A program made the translations under genes and the position numbers. Below the pieces are notes generated by a model. That model saw only the letters and a program-made list of their open reading frames with translations. It did no database searches and was not told the origin of the DNA. DNA of 64,000 nt from a virus (lineage: Duplodnaviria > Caudoviricetes), in the IMG/VR virus record IMGVR_UViG_3300029288_000113, positions 33,418 through 97,417 of that record; one strand, 5' to 3'. Of the stretch, positions 7,566 to 17,214 are shown piece after piece; within the stretch, counting starts at the first letter, position 1, and each line of letters begins with the position of its first letter.

Positions 7566-9847
7566 GGTTGACCAAGAGGATATCCAAGTCACTCCTGGTG
7601 TTTGTGCTTTGCATGTCTGTCATGTGGGTGGGCATCAGGGCTGGCCAGGCCGTGATCTACACCCATCCGAATTACAGGGCCCAGCACTGGGACCTCCTGA
7701 TGAACTCGTTCATCGATGCCGTGCAGTCGGATGTCACCACCCTGTACACCCAGACGGCGGCCCTGGCCAATACGTTTGCCAATTGGGTGACCACGGTTGA
7801 CCAGCCGGTCCTGATCACCGCCACACCAGTTTTTGTCAATGACCACACATTCACGTTGGCCGGCGACTACACTGCGGTGCTGCCTGCCGGCAAGCGCATG
7901 CTGTTTGACCTGGGCCAGGACCCCATGGTCGGCAATACGGTGGTATCCTCCACATATTCCTCCCCCAACACCACTGTGGTGGTGACCTTCAACAACCTGA
8001 CCGGCAACCTCCAGGCGGCCTCATATTATGCCACTCGCTCCGGCACCCGGACCTATGGGTCTGGGGATATTGTGGCCTCCGAATACGGAAGCCCCTCGTG
8101 GGCCAACCTGCAGGCCGCCATATCCGTGTCCAATGCGGCCGGCCGCAGGTTGGTGGTCACCCCGGGCACCTGGCCGGTGACGGGGAATATTGCCATCACC
8201 TCCCCATGCACGGTCTCATCGGGCGCCATCCTGGACATCGCCACAGGCGTCGTCCTGAGTCAGAATGGGTCATTCAGTGCCGGTGGGTACCAGGTGTTCT
8301 CGTACACCGGGACGGGCAATGTCGTGTTCGGGGTCGGGTCAGTGAATGCCGTCTTGTTCGATTGGTGGGGTCCGACCGCCAATGGGATCGTGGATGACAG
8401 TGCCAAGTTGCAGAAGGCAATTGATTCACTGGCCACGGCCAAGGGCACGGTCAGGGTTGGCAGCAAGTCGTATGCCCTGGCCAGCCGGGTCAACGGGCGT
8501 TATGCAGTCCAGGTTTGCGGCGTCCCGGAGATGACCAAGTTCATTCCCACGGGCACCGATCCGGCATTCGGTCAGGCGGAGGACTTCTACGATAATACGG
8601 CCTCCACGGGCTATTGGACGGCATTCCGGGATTTCACCATTGATGCGTCGGCGAATACCAATGACATGGATCTGATGTACTTCGACCGCAACTTCAACAT
8701 GTGTGCGATCAGGAACATCAATTTTTATGGCAACCCGGCCAAGACCCAGACCGGCCTGCATGTGTACCACACCAATCCGGACACCGGTTTGGGCAATCTC
8801 TCCTACCATAACTTTTTTCACGGCCTGAATTTCATCAATTGCAAGTCCGCCAATGGGGCCATGTTCCTGGATGGTTCCGGAACCCTGAGCAGGCGCATCA
8901 ACGATTGCATTGTAGACTTTTGCAAGTTCTCCGGCTACAAGGTTGGGCTCAAGGTCGGTGGCATCGGTAACCGGGCCAAGAATTGCGCATTCAACGTCCC
9001 TGACAACCCGGTACTGTTAAACAATACGGGCGGAACCGATTTCCGGGTCATATTCTACGACGGCACCGGCAATGCCCTGATGAATAATTTCTTTGACCTG
9101 GCCGGCACTCATGTGGTGTTGATGATGTATGGCCAGGCGTTCAACCAGACTGCGGTTTGTGACATCCCAATGACCAATCCTGGGCTGACTGGCATTAACC
9201 AGATCGCAGACTTGGCCAGCGCGGTCTCGGTCCCATACTGCCATGTGGCCACCTATTCGGCTGCCGACACATTGGTCGTGGCCACCAATGTCACTGCCAC
9301 CTATCCTGTGGACAGGCAGGTCTGGGTGGATTGTGGTACCGATGGCTGGCGCACCTTGACGGTCCTGACCTCCACATACAGTGCCCCGAACACCACCATT
9401 GTACTGAATGATTCCGTCCTGACCTCGAATCTGGCAACAGTCAGTTCTGCATTCTATGCAGATAGGTTCCGTCCCCATTTTACGAACGGGTATCAGCTGT
9501 ATTATCAGCAGATGATGCCATCCAGGCTGTACCTAGGCAATGGCGAAACCAAATATCTGGATGCGGCCAAAAAGGGTTCGGTCATTTATGATTTCTCGGC
9601 CACCCCCTTGACCATCAATGCCGGTGTCACCGCCACCCTCACGTTACCGATTGATTCCAGCTACGGGCTCATCGCAGGCATGGCAGTGACCATCAATACC
9701 TCGACGGCGTTCCCGGTCGGGGTGGTCAGGACCAATGCCCAGACCAGCACTGATTCCATTGTGCTGAAGCTGTTCAATCCAACGGCAGCCCCGATAACAA
9801 TTAACACGAGCCAGACCTTCAAATGGGCCGTGTTTGAAGGGGTATAA
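7562..9847 (+). CDS. Beta-helix (pectate lyase-like) spike/fibre protein
   Basis: WWG...NG..DDSAKLQKAID beta-helix cap; Asn/Gly/Thr-rich beta repeats; ATGA overlap. Confidence 0.65.
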   Translation: MRLTKRISKSLLVFVLCMSVMWVGIRAGQAVIYTHPNYRAQHWDLLMNSFIDAVQSDVTTLYTQTAALANTFANWVTTVDQPVLITATPVFVNDHTFTLAGDYTAVLPAGKRMLFDLGQDPMVGNTVVSSTYSSPNTTVVVTFNNLTGNLQAASYYATRSGTRTYGSGDIVASEYGSPSWANLQAAISVSNAAGRRLVVTPGTWPVTGNIAITSPCTVSSGAILDIATGVVLSQNGSFSAGGYQVFSYTGTGNVVFGVGSVNAVLFDWWGPTANGIVDDSAKLQKAIDSLATAKGTVRVGSKSYALASRVNGRYAVQVCGVPEMTKFIPTGTDPAFGQAEDFYDNTASTGYWTAFRDFTIDASANTNDMDLMYFDRNFNMCAIRNINFYGNPAKTQTGLHVYHTNPDTGLGNLSYHNFFHGLNFINCKSANGAMFLDGSGTLSRRINDCIVDFCKFSGYKVGLKVGGIGNRAKNCAFNVPDNPVLLNNTGGTDFRVIFYDGTGNALMNNFFDLAGTHVVLMMYGQAFNQTAVCDIPMTNPGLTGINQIADLASAVSVPYCHVATYSAADTLVVATNVTATYPVDRQVWVDCGTDGWRTLTVLTSTYSAPNTTIVLNDSVLTSNLATVSSAFYADRFRPHFTNGYQLYYQQMMPSRLYLGNGETKYLDAAKKGSVIYDFSATPLTINAGVTATLTLPIDSSYGLIAGMAVTINTSTAFPVGVVRTNAQTSTDSIVLKLFNPTAAPITINTSQTFKWAVFEGV

Positions 9848-9859
9848 GGAATCAACGAC

Positions 9860-10294
9860 ATGGGCATCCCGATCAGGAAGATAGTCGAATGGGCAGAGAA
9901 ACTGAATGGCATCAAGTATGTCTTTGCTGCCGAGAATGACCGCAAGCCCGTATCCGAGATCGAGCGAGAGGACTGCTCCGAGTTGATCCAGAATGCCTGT
10001 GACCAGAATAGCGTGGTGCCCAGGATGCCCGACGGGGCCAAAAATCAGTATCACCATTGCCATGACCATGGCACCCTGATCTCGGTCCAGGAGGCCATCG
10101 ACACCTATGGCGCCCTGCTTTTCCGCATAGCCGACCAGAGCCATGTTGCATTCAGCATGGGGGACGGCCACCGTACGTTCGAGGCCAAGGGCAGTCGTGA
10201 TGGTGTCGGTTATTTTGATAATGTTGCCGACCGCCCCTGGACGCACGGGGCATTGATTCCCGGGGCTGATTACCCCGGATGGGAGGTTTCATGA
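9860..10294 (+). CDS. NlpC/P60 peptidoglycan endopeptidase (probable endolysin)
   Basis: KYVF...DCSELIQ...HVAFSMGDG..FEA Cys/His motifs; next to holin-like genes. Confidence 0.7.
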   Translation: MGIPIRKIVEWAEKLNGIKYVFAAENDRKPVSEIEREDCSELIQNACDQNSVVPRMPDGAKNQYHHCHDHGTLISVQEAIDTYGALLFRIADQSHVAFSMGDGHRTFEAKGSRDGVGYFDNVADRPWTHGALIPGADYPGWEVS

Positions 10295-10467
10295 TGGGTG
10301 GCTTGAAGGACCTTAGGACCACAATACCCGGGCTGGCGATCATAGCCATTGTCGGGGCAGCCCTGCTGTTGGGCAAGATTGACTTCAATCAGTTTGTCAC
10401 ATTCATCGGGGGCCTGCTTGGTGGCGGGCTTATTACTGCCAACACCAAGGTCAATCCTGGGCCATGA
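10291..10467 (+). CDS. Putative holin (2 TM)
   Basis: 58 aa with two hydrophobic helices; directly after the endolysin. Confidence 0.6.
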   Translation: MMGGLKDLRTTIPGLAIIAIVGAALLLGKIDFNQFVTFIGGLLGGGLITANTKVNPGP

Positions 10468-10637
10468 TTGAGTCCTTGTTCATTGAGTCCTTGTTCAGGG
10501 ACCTGATGATGTCCGGCTGTGCATTGGTGCTGGCCATCAGCGGCACATTGGTGGGCATCTTCCTCCTGGCCGTCGCGGCCTGGAGGAGCGGAAGATCAAA
10601 GAGAATGGGGTATAGGAACCCCAAGGAGGAACCATGA
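10464..10637 (+). CDS. Small TM protein (57 aa, MIESLFIESLFRDLMMSG...), lysis-associated candidate
   Basis: Read by hand. ATGA overlaps at both ends; one TM segment plus basic tail. Confidence 0.55.
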   Translation: MIESLFIESLFRDLMMSGCALVLAISGTLVGIFLLAVAAWRSGRSKRMGYRNPKEEP

Positions 10638-10972
10638 AGAGATTGACTGTTTTATTGGCTGTGTTATTGATGGTGGTCCTGCTGCTGTCCGGCTGTCAGA
10701 CGCTCAAGGCGGCATTCTGTTCCCCATCGGCAGATCAGTTTGTGCAGGCGGCGACTTCGTTGACCCAGGCCACTGAGCTCAAGGGCTTCCTGTCCGTCCT
10801 GCCGCCATCGCCGGAGGTGACTGCGATCCTCGCAGGTGTGAATCTGGCCATACCCATTCTGGACAGGGTCAGGCAGAACATATGCGTATCGGCCGAGGAG
10901 TTCCAGGCGGCCATCGAGGCTGTGAGGTCCAATGAGGCATTCGCCAAGGCCAAGCTGGGCTACAAGAAATAA
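10634..10972 (+). CDS. Lipoprotein (spanin-like candidate)
   Basis: MKR + hydrophobic core + LSGC lipobox; AGGAGG RBS. Confidence 0.65.
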   Translation: MKRLTVLLAVLLMVVLLLSGCQTLKAAFCSPSADQFVQAATSLTQATELKGFLSVLPPSPEVTAILAGVNLAIPILDRVRQNICVSAEEFQAAIEAVRSNEAFAKAKLGYKK

Positions 10973-11009
10973 TTGGCATTGCATAAAATGATCAAGGGGG
11001 GTTGACGAG

Positions 11010-11765
11010 ATGGCTGAGAGAAGGTTCACATGGCGCCCGGCTGCATATGATGCAGTGAACAACTGGCGTCTCGGGGTCACTGCCGATTTGGTGGACATGC
11101 CCAAGGTCATGTTTCTCATCAACTCCCTTACCGAAAGACAGGAGAAGGGAGACTGTGTATTCAATGCATTGGTCACCCATCTGGAATCAATCGGGGTGAA
11201 TTCGGGCACCGTGCCACCGGTCGACCTGTCCCGCATGTTTGCCTACTACCAGTACCGCAAGCGGTTTGGGGAGGTCAGCGAGGACAACGGGGCATCCATC
11301 TTCTACGCCCTGAAGGTCCTGTCGGGCACCGGCATCTGTGCCGAGGAGCTGTGGCCCTATGTGGAGGGGAACTATGCCAGGGAGCCGTCCCCAGAGGCAT
11401 ACAGGGATGCCCTGGCCAGGCCGATTGGGTCATATTGCCAGCTGGTCAACCTGGGGGACATGCTGTCGTGCATAGCCTCCGGGTTCGGGTTTGTCGGCGG
11501 CATATCGGTATATGATTCGTTTGAGTCCGACGTAACCGAGCGCACCGGTGTGGTGTCCATGCCAGGCAAGGGTGACAAATTCCTGGGAGGCCATGCCATT
11601 TATTTCTGTGGGTATGACCTGCACAAGAACGCCATGCAATTCCAGAATTCCTGGGGCCTGGAGTGGGCCAGTGAGAGCAACTATCCGGGCCATGGGTGGA
11701 TTCCATTCGAGTACCTGGCCAACCCGTTCCTGGCCGGCGAATTCTTCACACTGAGGCCGAAATGA
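11010..11765 (+). CDS. Papain-like C1 cysteine peptidase
   Basis: Q..GDC (catalytic Cys), LSRMF.YY, GGHAI and QNSWG motifs. Confidence 0.85.
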   Translation: MAERRFTWRPAAYDAVNNWRLGVTADLVDMPKVMFLINSLTERQEKGDCVFNALVTHLESIGVNSGTVPPVDLSRMFAYYQYRKRFGEVSEDNGASIFYALKVLSGTGICAEELWPYVEGNYAREPSPEAYRDALARPIGSYCQLVNLGDMLSCIASGFGFVGGISVYDSFESDVTERTGVVSMPGKGDKFLGGHAIYFCGYDLHKNAMQFQNSWGLEWASESNYPGHGWIPFEYLANPFLAGEFFTLRPK

Positions 11766-12250
11766 TGCCATATTATCAACCGGAGCCCCACATCCTGGGG
11801 TGGCTGAGGAACTTCATCCTGCCCAACGACGTGATCCTCGATGTCGGGTCCGGTGATGGCCGGCACCGGGACATTGGTGGCAGGAGGTACATATCCCTGG
11901 ACTCGTGGCCGGCCGCCCAGCCCGACTACCTCATGGACCTGAATGAGAGGGATCTGCCCAGGGTCAAGGCCAGTGTGGTGCTCATGTCCGATGTCCTGGA
12001 GCACCTGCCCAGGGATCGGGGCCTGGAGGTGCTTGGGCAGGCCCAGAGGCTGACGAGCAGGGCGGTGGTGGTCCTTACCCCCCTGGCTTGGGACGAGAAC
12101 CGCGAGGCATACGATGAGGGGTTCTACCAGGGGAATGAGAACGTGCTGCACAAGAGTCTCTGGGACCTCAGGGACTTCCACCCGGGGTGGGTCCGGGTCT
12201 GGCTGCCCTCAACTCTGGACAACTTCTTCGGGTATTGGATAAAACAGTGA
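11762..12250 (+). CDS. Class I SAM-dependent methyltransferase
   Basis: ILDVGSGDG; DVLEHL. Confidence 0.8.
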   Translation: MMPYYQPEPHILGWLRNFILPNDVILDVGSGDGRHRDIGGRRYISLDSWPAAQPDYLMDLNERDLPRVKASVVLMSDVLEHLPRDRGLEVLGQAQRLTSRAVVVLTPLAWDENREAYDEGFYQGNENVLHKSLWDLRDFHPGWVRVWLPSTLDNFFGYWIKQ

Positions 12251-12372
12251 AATTGAATATCAAGCCTCCTGAATTTGATCTTGTGGACGAAGGCATTGGA
12301 TTGCCTATATCTGGATGCTTTGATGCTTTAATTTTTATTATCATCATTTTGGGATTTGTCTATTATGGCTGA
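12247..12372 (+). CDS. Small AT-rich membrane peptide
   Basis: GTGA overlap; hydrophobic C-terminus; AT-rich. Confidence 0.4.
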   Translation: MKLNIKPPEFDLVDEGIGLPISGCFDALIFIIIILGFVYYG

Positions 12373-13858
12373 AATTAATCTCATAGCCCAGGTCTGCATG
12401 CACAACGAGGTCCGCAAGGGCAACCTTGACCGGTGCCTGGATAACCTGATCAGGTACTGCGACCGGGTCATCATCTGGGACGATGCCTCCGATGACGACA
12501 GCGTCAAGGTGGCAGAGGACTATGGCTGCCACGTCATCCGGGGTGAGGTCAATAACCAGATGGAGGAGCTGGCCCACAAGCAGGCCATGTTGGATGCGGC
12601 CCTGTCCATGGGGGCCACACACCTGTTCTGGCTTGATTGCGATGAGGTCCTGGACAGGCCCGGCACCCTGGGCGGTCTCAGGGACCTATGCATGAATTGG
12701 CCAGACGATCTGGATGCATACAGTTTTCCCCAGGTCAACCTCTGGCGCTCCCAGACCTGGCAGAGGCTCGACTCCCTGTTCACCAGGGCTCGGTTCGTCC
12801 GGCTCTGGAGGGCCAATCCTGGGATCAGTTTTGATGTGAGGCATGGCGTCCACAAGCGGCTGTACCCGATCACCATAGAGACCGTCAGGGAGGCACCATT
12901 CTCGATCATCCATTATGGATTTTGGGATTACAAGCGCATGCTGACCAAGATTGGTGCCGACCACCTAGATGCCAATGGCATCAGGTCTTGTGCCGAGTTT
13001 GGCCTTGACCGCAAGGGTGCCAATTGGATACTTGATGAACGAGAATGCCGATGCAGGAAGGTCGAGGACCGCGAGTACCCGCCAGGCACGTTGCCCCCGG
13101 ACATCTGGGCCGAGCCTGGTCCCAGAAAGATCCAGGAATTGGCGCCACATGCGCAGGTACAGGATGAGCCCGAATTCCCATTGGTCGACTCCAGGGCAAT
13201 GGCCTGTTGGGATGGCCTGCACGAGGCCGGCTACCATGGCCAATACTGTGACATCCATGAACGCAACACCAGATATTGGGAGAAATCACCCAAGGTCTTT
13301 GCAGAATTGAGGAGGGCCTGCCTGTTCAGTTTTGATCCCAGGGACAGGGTCATCTACGATGTGGCCTGTGGTGGTGGCTGGTATATGCTGGACTGCATCG
13401 TCAATGGGGCGGCCAGGGTGATCGGCCTTGAGATGGGCCAGCCATTGGTGTCCATGGCCAGGGCGAGTTTCCGGGAGCTTGGCGTACCGGATGACAGGTA
13501 CCAGTTGATCGACCTCTTCGAGAGCCCGAATGGGCCCACCGGGCTGCCCAAGGCGGACATCATCTACTGCCTGGCCATGCTCATGCACATACCGTTCTGG
13601 CAGGCCTGCCGGTACTTCAGGTGGATGAGGCAGTCGGTGGCCCCGGCCGGTGAGGTCCATCTCCAGTTTTACCGCCAGCCGGGGTCGACCACCACCATGT
13701 TCTGGGATGGGTTCAAGGGCGCCGTCCACGGTGGGGATCATGTGTCCAACATCAGGCTGCACCATGAGCTGGAGAGGGCTGGCCTCAAGGTGGTTGAGAC
13801 CCATGTGGCCGATGCACCCCTGCCCGTATGGGAGATGTACAGGTGCGTACCGGTATAA
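12365..13858 (+). CDS. GT2-family glycosyltransferase fused to a class I methyltransferase
   Basis: N-terminal HNE..., DDASDD and WLDCDE (DxD), IIHYG; C-terminal IYDVACGGG and MLMHI. Confidence 0.8.
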   Translation: MAEINLIAQVCMHNEVRKGNLDRCLDNLIRYCDRVIIWDDASDDDSVKVAEDYGCHVIRGEVNNQMEELAHKQAMLDAALSMGATHLFWLDCDEVLDRPGTLGGLRDLCMNWPDDLDAYSFPQVNLWRSQTWQRLDSLFTRARFVRLWRANPGISFDVRHGVHKRLYPITIETVREAPFSIIHYGFWDYKRMLTKIGADHLDANGIRSCAEFGLDRKGANWILDERECRCRKVEDREYPPGTLPPDIWAEPGPRKIQELAPHAQVQDEPEFPLVDSRAMACWDGLHEAGYHGQYCDIHERNTRYWEKSPKVFAELRRACLFSFDPRDRVIYDVACGGGWYMLDCIVNGAARVIGLEMGQPLVSMARASFRELGVPDDRYQLIDLFESPNGPTGLPKADIIYCLAMLMHIPFWQACRYFRWMRQSVAPAGEVHLQFYRQPGSTTTMFWDGFKGAVHGGDHVSNIRLHHELERAGLKVVETHVADAPLPVWEMYRCVPV

Positions 13859-14082
13859 AGAAATTAAAGCCGGTTGAATCAATATCGGAATTTGATGCAG
13901 TGGGTGATTTAAATATTAGGACGAGAGGAAGAATCACCCATGGTCAGGCTCTTGGATGGAACAGGGGACATCAAGCAGGTATTCATAGCGCGTATTTGAC
14001 ACTTAAAGAAGATTATCCAGAAGCAGTAGCAGCTTTGATAGATGCTTGGAATATGGACAAGGATGGTACCATTTCATTATGA
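13855..14082 (+). CDS. Small AT-rich hypothetical protein (possible ATA start)
   Basis: Open frame fills the gap. ATAA overlap with the upstream stop and ATGA overlap downstream. Confidence 0.45.
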   Translation: MKKLKPVESISEFDAVGDLNIRTRGRITHGQALGWNRGHQAGIHSAYLTLKEDYPEAVAALIDAWNMDKDGTISL

Positions 14083-14798
14083 CCAACTGGACCATCGACC
14101 AGATCAGGAATCAGTTCCTGGTCATATCCCAGCCCAGGGCCGGCACCCAGATGCTTGAACGGTCGCTGTCCGCGCACCCGGACGTGGTCATGAGGACATG
14201 GAGCACCAGTCAGGACAATCCTGGATCCATCCTCGACCTGTATGACTTCAGGCCCATGGATGAGCAGGAAAGGCAGAGGCCCTTCAGGGGCACCATCACC
14301 CACTCGTGGGGCGAAGTGTTCACCAAGGATCAGTTTGGCATGGCCCTTGACCAGTATTGGGGAATGGTTGGCCGGTTCTTCCCAAGGGTGGTCATCCTCA
14401 CCAGGAGGAACCAGCTCAGGAGGTTCCTGTCATACAAGGTAGCCGAGACCCTGAACCAATGGGGGGTGTATGAGGCCCCGGTTAGCCATCCCGGCCTTGA
14501 ATTCGACTTCGACGAGTTCCTGGCCTTCCTGCACGACACCATGGTGTACAGGCAGTCGGTGGCCCGGGTCTTTCCCAATGCATTCAGGGTGGAATACGAG
14601 GACCTGGTGTGCGACCCCAGCAAATATCAGGAACTCCTGGGCTGGCTGGGGATACCATACAGCAACATGAACGTGACCTCCCATACATACCGCCAGGAGT
14701 ACAGGCAAGCATGGGAGGTCATGTCAAATTGGAATCCGGAACTTGAGACGGCGTTTGGTCATTACGGCATGACATCCTGGCTTTACGAACTTCCATAG
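14079..14798 (+). CDS. Sulfotransferase (Stf0-like)
   Basis: SQPRAGTQML (PAPS-binding loop), L..HP, LTRRNQLRRFLS and VEYEDL. Confidence 0.75.
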   Translation: MTNWTIDQIRNQFLVISQPRAGTQMLERSLSAHPDVVMRTWSTSQDNPGSILDLYDFRPMDEQERQRPFRGTITHSWGEVFTKDQFGMALDQYWGMVGRFFPRVVILTRRNQLRRFLSYKVAETLNQWGVYEAPVSHPGLEFDFDEFLAFLHDTMVYRQSVARVFPNAFRVEYEDLVCDPSKYQELLGWLGIPYSNMNVTSHTYRQEYRQAWEVMSNWNPELETAFGHYGMTSWLYELP

Positions 14799-14808
14799 GG
14801 GATCAGGC

Positions 14809-15447
14809 ATGGATCATGGTGATTGGCACAAGTGGTGGGAGGAACAGGCCCCAGGGTATTTTACGGACAAGTGCTGGCGGTTCAGCCAACAGGACCTCAT
14901 TGACAGGTTGGCCATCCAGCCCCACCACTGCGTTCTGGAGATAGGCTTCGGGTATGGCCGTGAATTGAGCCAGTTCTGCAAGCTGTCGACCAATGTGTAT
15001 GGCCTGGAGCTGACCGACTGGGCCTGCGAGAACACCCTCATCGAGCTCCAGGGCCGTGGGGTCACCCCCTTGCCCAGGCTGAGGTCCTATGACGGCCGGT
15101 CAATCCCGTTCCCATCCGGGGCCTTCAATGTCATCTATTCGTGCTTTGTGGTCCAGCACATGGCCAGGCAGCACGTGGTTGACCTGATTGAGAAGACGCT
15201 CCAGGCGCTCTGCCATGATGGCCTGGGCCTGTTTGAGTTCTTCGGGGACCCCCAGTATCAGTCCGATGATGGCAGTGATGTGTTCTCCGGGGTGGATGGC
15301 GAAGGGGGCATGTTCAATAATGCCTATAACAGGCTGGAGGTGGTGGGTCTGATGGAGCGGGCCGGCGCCGACCTCAAGTGGCTGGAGACCAGGAGCATCA
15401 CCAAGGAGTGGGGCAACCATTGGGCCTGCTTTGGGAGGAAAGTGTGA
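14809..15447 (+). CDS. Class I SAM-dependent methyltransferase
   Basis: VLEIGFGYGR; FNVIYSCFVVQH. Confidence 0.8.
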   Translation: MDHGDWHKWWEEQAPGYFTDKCWRFSQQDLIDRLAIQPHHCVLEIGFGYGRELSQFCKLSTNVYGLELTDWACENTLIELQGRGVTPLPRLRSYDGRSIPFPSGAFNVIYSCFVVQHMARQHVVDLIEKTLQALCHDGLGLFEFFGDPQYQSDDGSDVFSGVDGEGGMFNNAYNRLEVVGLMERAGADLKWLETRSITKEWGNHWACFGRKV

Positions 15448-16145
15448 AATCCAATCTCTTCATCGCCGAATATTTCCAGTACCAGGGCTGCATGAACATT
15501 GAGCAGGGGGTCAATCTCTGGCATCTGCTTAACCAGGTGCTTGTGGCCGGCGTCCCGGGTGACGTGGTGGAGCTGGGCAGCCTCACAGGCATGACCGCAG
15601 CGGTCATTCAGCGGACCCTGGAGGATTTCGGGTCAAGCAAGGGATTGCACCTGTATGACAGCTTCGAGGGCCTGCCCATTCCCACATCAGAGGATGGCAA
15701 TTGTCCGTTGATACCGGGCAACTTCAAGGTTTCCATGGAGCACACGGTCAAGAGGTTCAATGACCTTGGCCTGGGCCTGCCCAACATAGTCGCTGGTTGG
15801 TTTACGGATACGTTGCCCTGGGCCCTTCCTGAACAGATTGCATTTGCACATCTGGATGGGGACCTGTATGGGTCGACACTGGTGAGCATGCAGGAGGTCT
15901 ACCCCAGGCTGTCACCCGGTGCCGTGGTCCTGGTCGACGATTATGCGGACACCGGCCTGTGTAGCGAGATCGTCAAGGCGTATGGGGACAATATCTACTG
16001 GAAGAACATGGGCAGGAGGTGCCAGGCATCCAACTGGCTGCCCGGGGTCCAAAAGGCCTGCGAGGAATTTCTTGCGGACAAGCCGGAGGAAATGACCGTG
16101 CTGATTGCCGGCGATGAGCGGCACGCATTCTTCAGGAAGGTGTGA
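15444..16145 (+). CDS. TylF/MycF/NovP-family sugar O-methyltransferase
   Basis: VPGDVVELG, YDSFEGLP, GWF.DTLP, AHLDGDLY.ST and VDDY motifs. Confidence 0.85.
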   Translation: MKSNLFIAEYFQYQGCMNIEQGVNLWHLLNQVLVAGVPGDVVELGSLTGMTAAVIQRTLEDFGSSKGLHLYDSFEGLPIPTSEDGNCPLIPGNFKVSMEHTVKRFNDLGLGLPNIVAGWFTDTLPWALPEQIAFAHLDGDLYGSTLVSMQEVYPRLSPGAVVLVDDYADTGLCSEIVKAYGDNIYWKNMGRRCQASNWLPGVQKACEEFLADKPEEMTVLIAGDERHAFFRKV

Positions 16146-17212
16146 TCATGATCAGGGATGAGTACAGCCTGTACAAACTGGTGCATCATGGACGGATTCT
16201 GAGCCGGATGAGGTCTGGTCTTCTGCCCCCTCCCATCCAGGCCCATGTCATCCCGACCAACCGCTGCAATCAGGACTGCGCCATCTGTGCATACCGCAGG
16301 GATGGGTTTCAGAGCAACCAGAACTTCAATGCCCATGACCAGATGACAACTGCCCAATTGATGGGCTTGGTGGCCGACCTGGCCGCACTTGGGAACCAGG
16401 CCGTGCAGTTCACGGGCGGCGGGGAGCCCCTGCTGCATCCAGACATCTGCCAAACGGTCGAGAGCTCAATGGCCCTGGGCATGTCCGTGGCGATGGTCAC
16501 TAATGGGGTCCTGTTGGGTGACCGGCAAAGGAAGACCTTGTCCGAGGCCTCATGGATAAGGGTGTCACTCGATGCGGCAACCCCTGAGGCATATTCCAGG
16601 GTCAAGAACAGCCCCAAGACCTTGTTCACCACCGTATGTCGCAACATCGAGTCCATGGCCAAGGCCAAGTCCAAGGGGACCATCCTTGGTGTCGGGTTTG
16701 TGGTCCAGGAGTATAACTGGAGGGAGATCATCGACGCGACTGAACTGGCCAGGGAATTAGGGGCGGACAACATCAGGATTTCTGCCGCCTTCACACCTTG
16801 GGGGTCAGGTTATTTCGATGCATTTGTCCAGCTGGCCAGGGAGCAGTCATCGATGGCCAGTGCCTGCACCCGGGGTGACTTTACGGTGTTCAATCTGTTT
16901 AATGAGCGCCTTGATGAATTGTTCATGGGCCGGCAGGATTACCCATATTGCCACTCCAAGGACCTGGTGCCGTATATTGGGGCGGACATGAATGTGTATT
17001 CCTGTTGTGTCAAGGCATATACGGATCATGGCCTCATGGGCAACATCGCCAAGACTGGGCTTGCGGAGTTTTGGGCCAGTGATCAGCGCATGGACAGGTA
17101 TTCCGGGCACGACCCCCGGATGGATTGCCCCCACCCATGCATGTTTGAGCACAAGAACAAATTCATCAACTATTGTGTCAAGTCGAGGCCCCGTCACATG
17201 GAGTTCATATAG
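16142..17212 (+). CDS. Radical SAM protein with SPASM/twitch domain
   Basis: CNQDCAIC (CxxxCxxC), TGGGEPLLHP, TNG, and C-terminal Cys cluster with GNI. Confidence 0.9.
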   Translation: MIMIRDEYSLYKLVHHGRILSRMRSGLLPPPIQAHVIPTNRCNQDCAICAYRRDGFQSNQNFNAHDQMTTAQLMGLVADLAALGNQAVQFTGGGEPLLHPDICQTVESSMALGMSVAMVTNGVLLGDRQRKTLSEASWIRVSLDAATPEAYSRVKNSPKTLFTTVCRNIESMAKAKSKGTILGVGFVVQEYNWREIIDATELARELGADNIRISAAFTPWGSGYFDAFVQLAREQSSMASACTRGDFTVFNLFNERLDELFMGRQDYPYCHSKDLVPYIGADMNVYSCCVKAYTDHGLMGNIAKTGLAEFWASDQRMDRYSGHDPRMDCPHPCMFEHKNKFINYCVKSRPRHMEFI

Positions 17213-17214
17213 AG

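Noticed and set aside
10467-10496. 15-bp tandem duplication ATTGAGTCCTTGTTC x2
   Set aside because: In-frame micro-duplication (IESLF x2); probably slippage, with no evidence of function.
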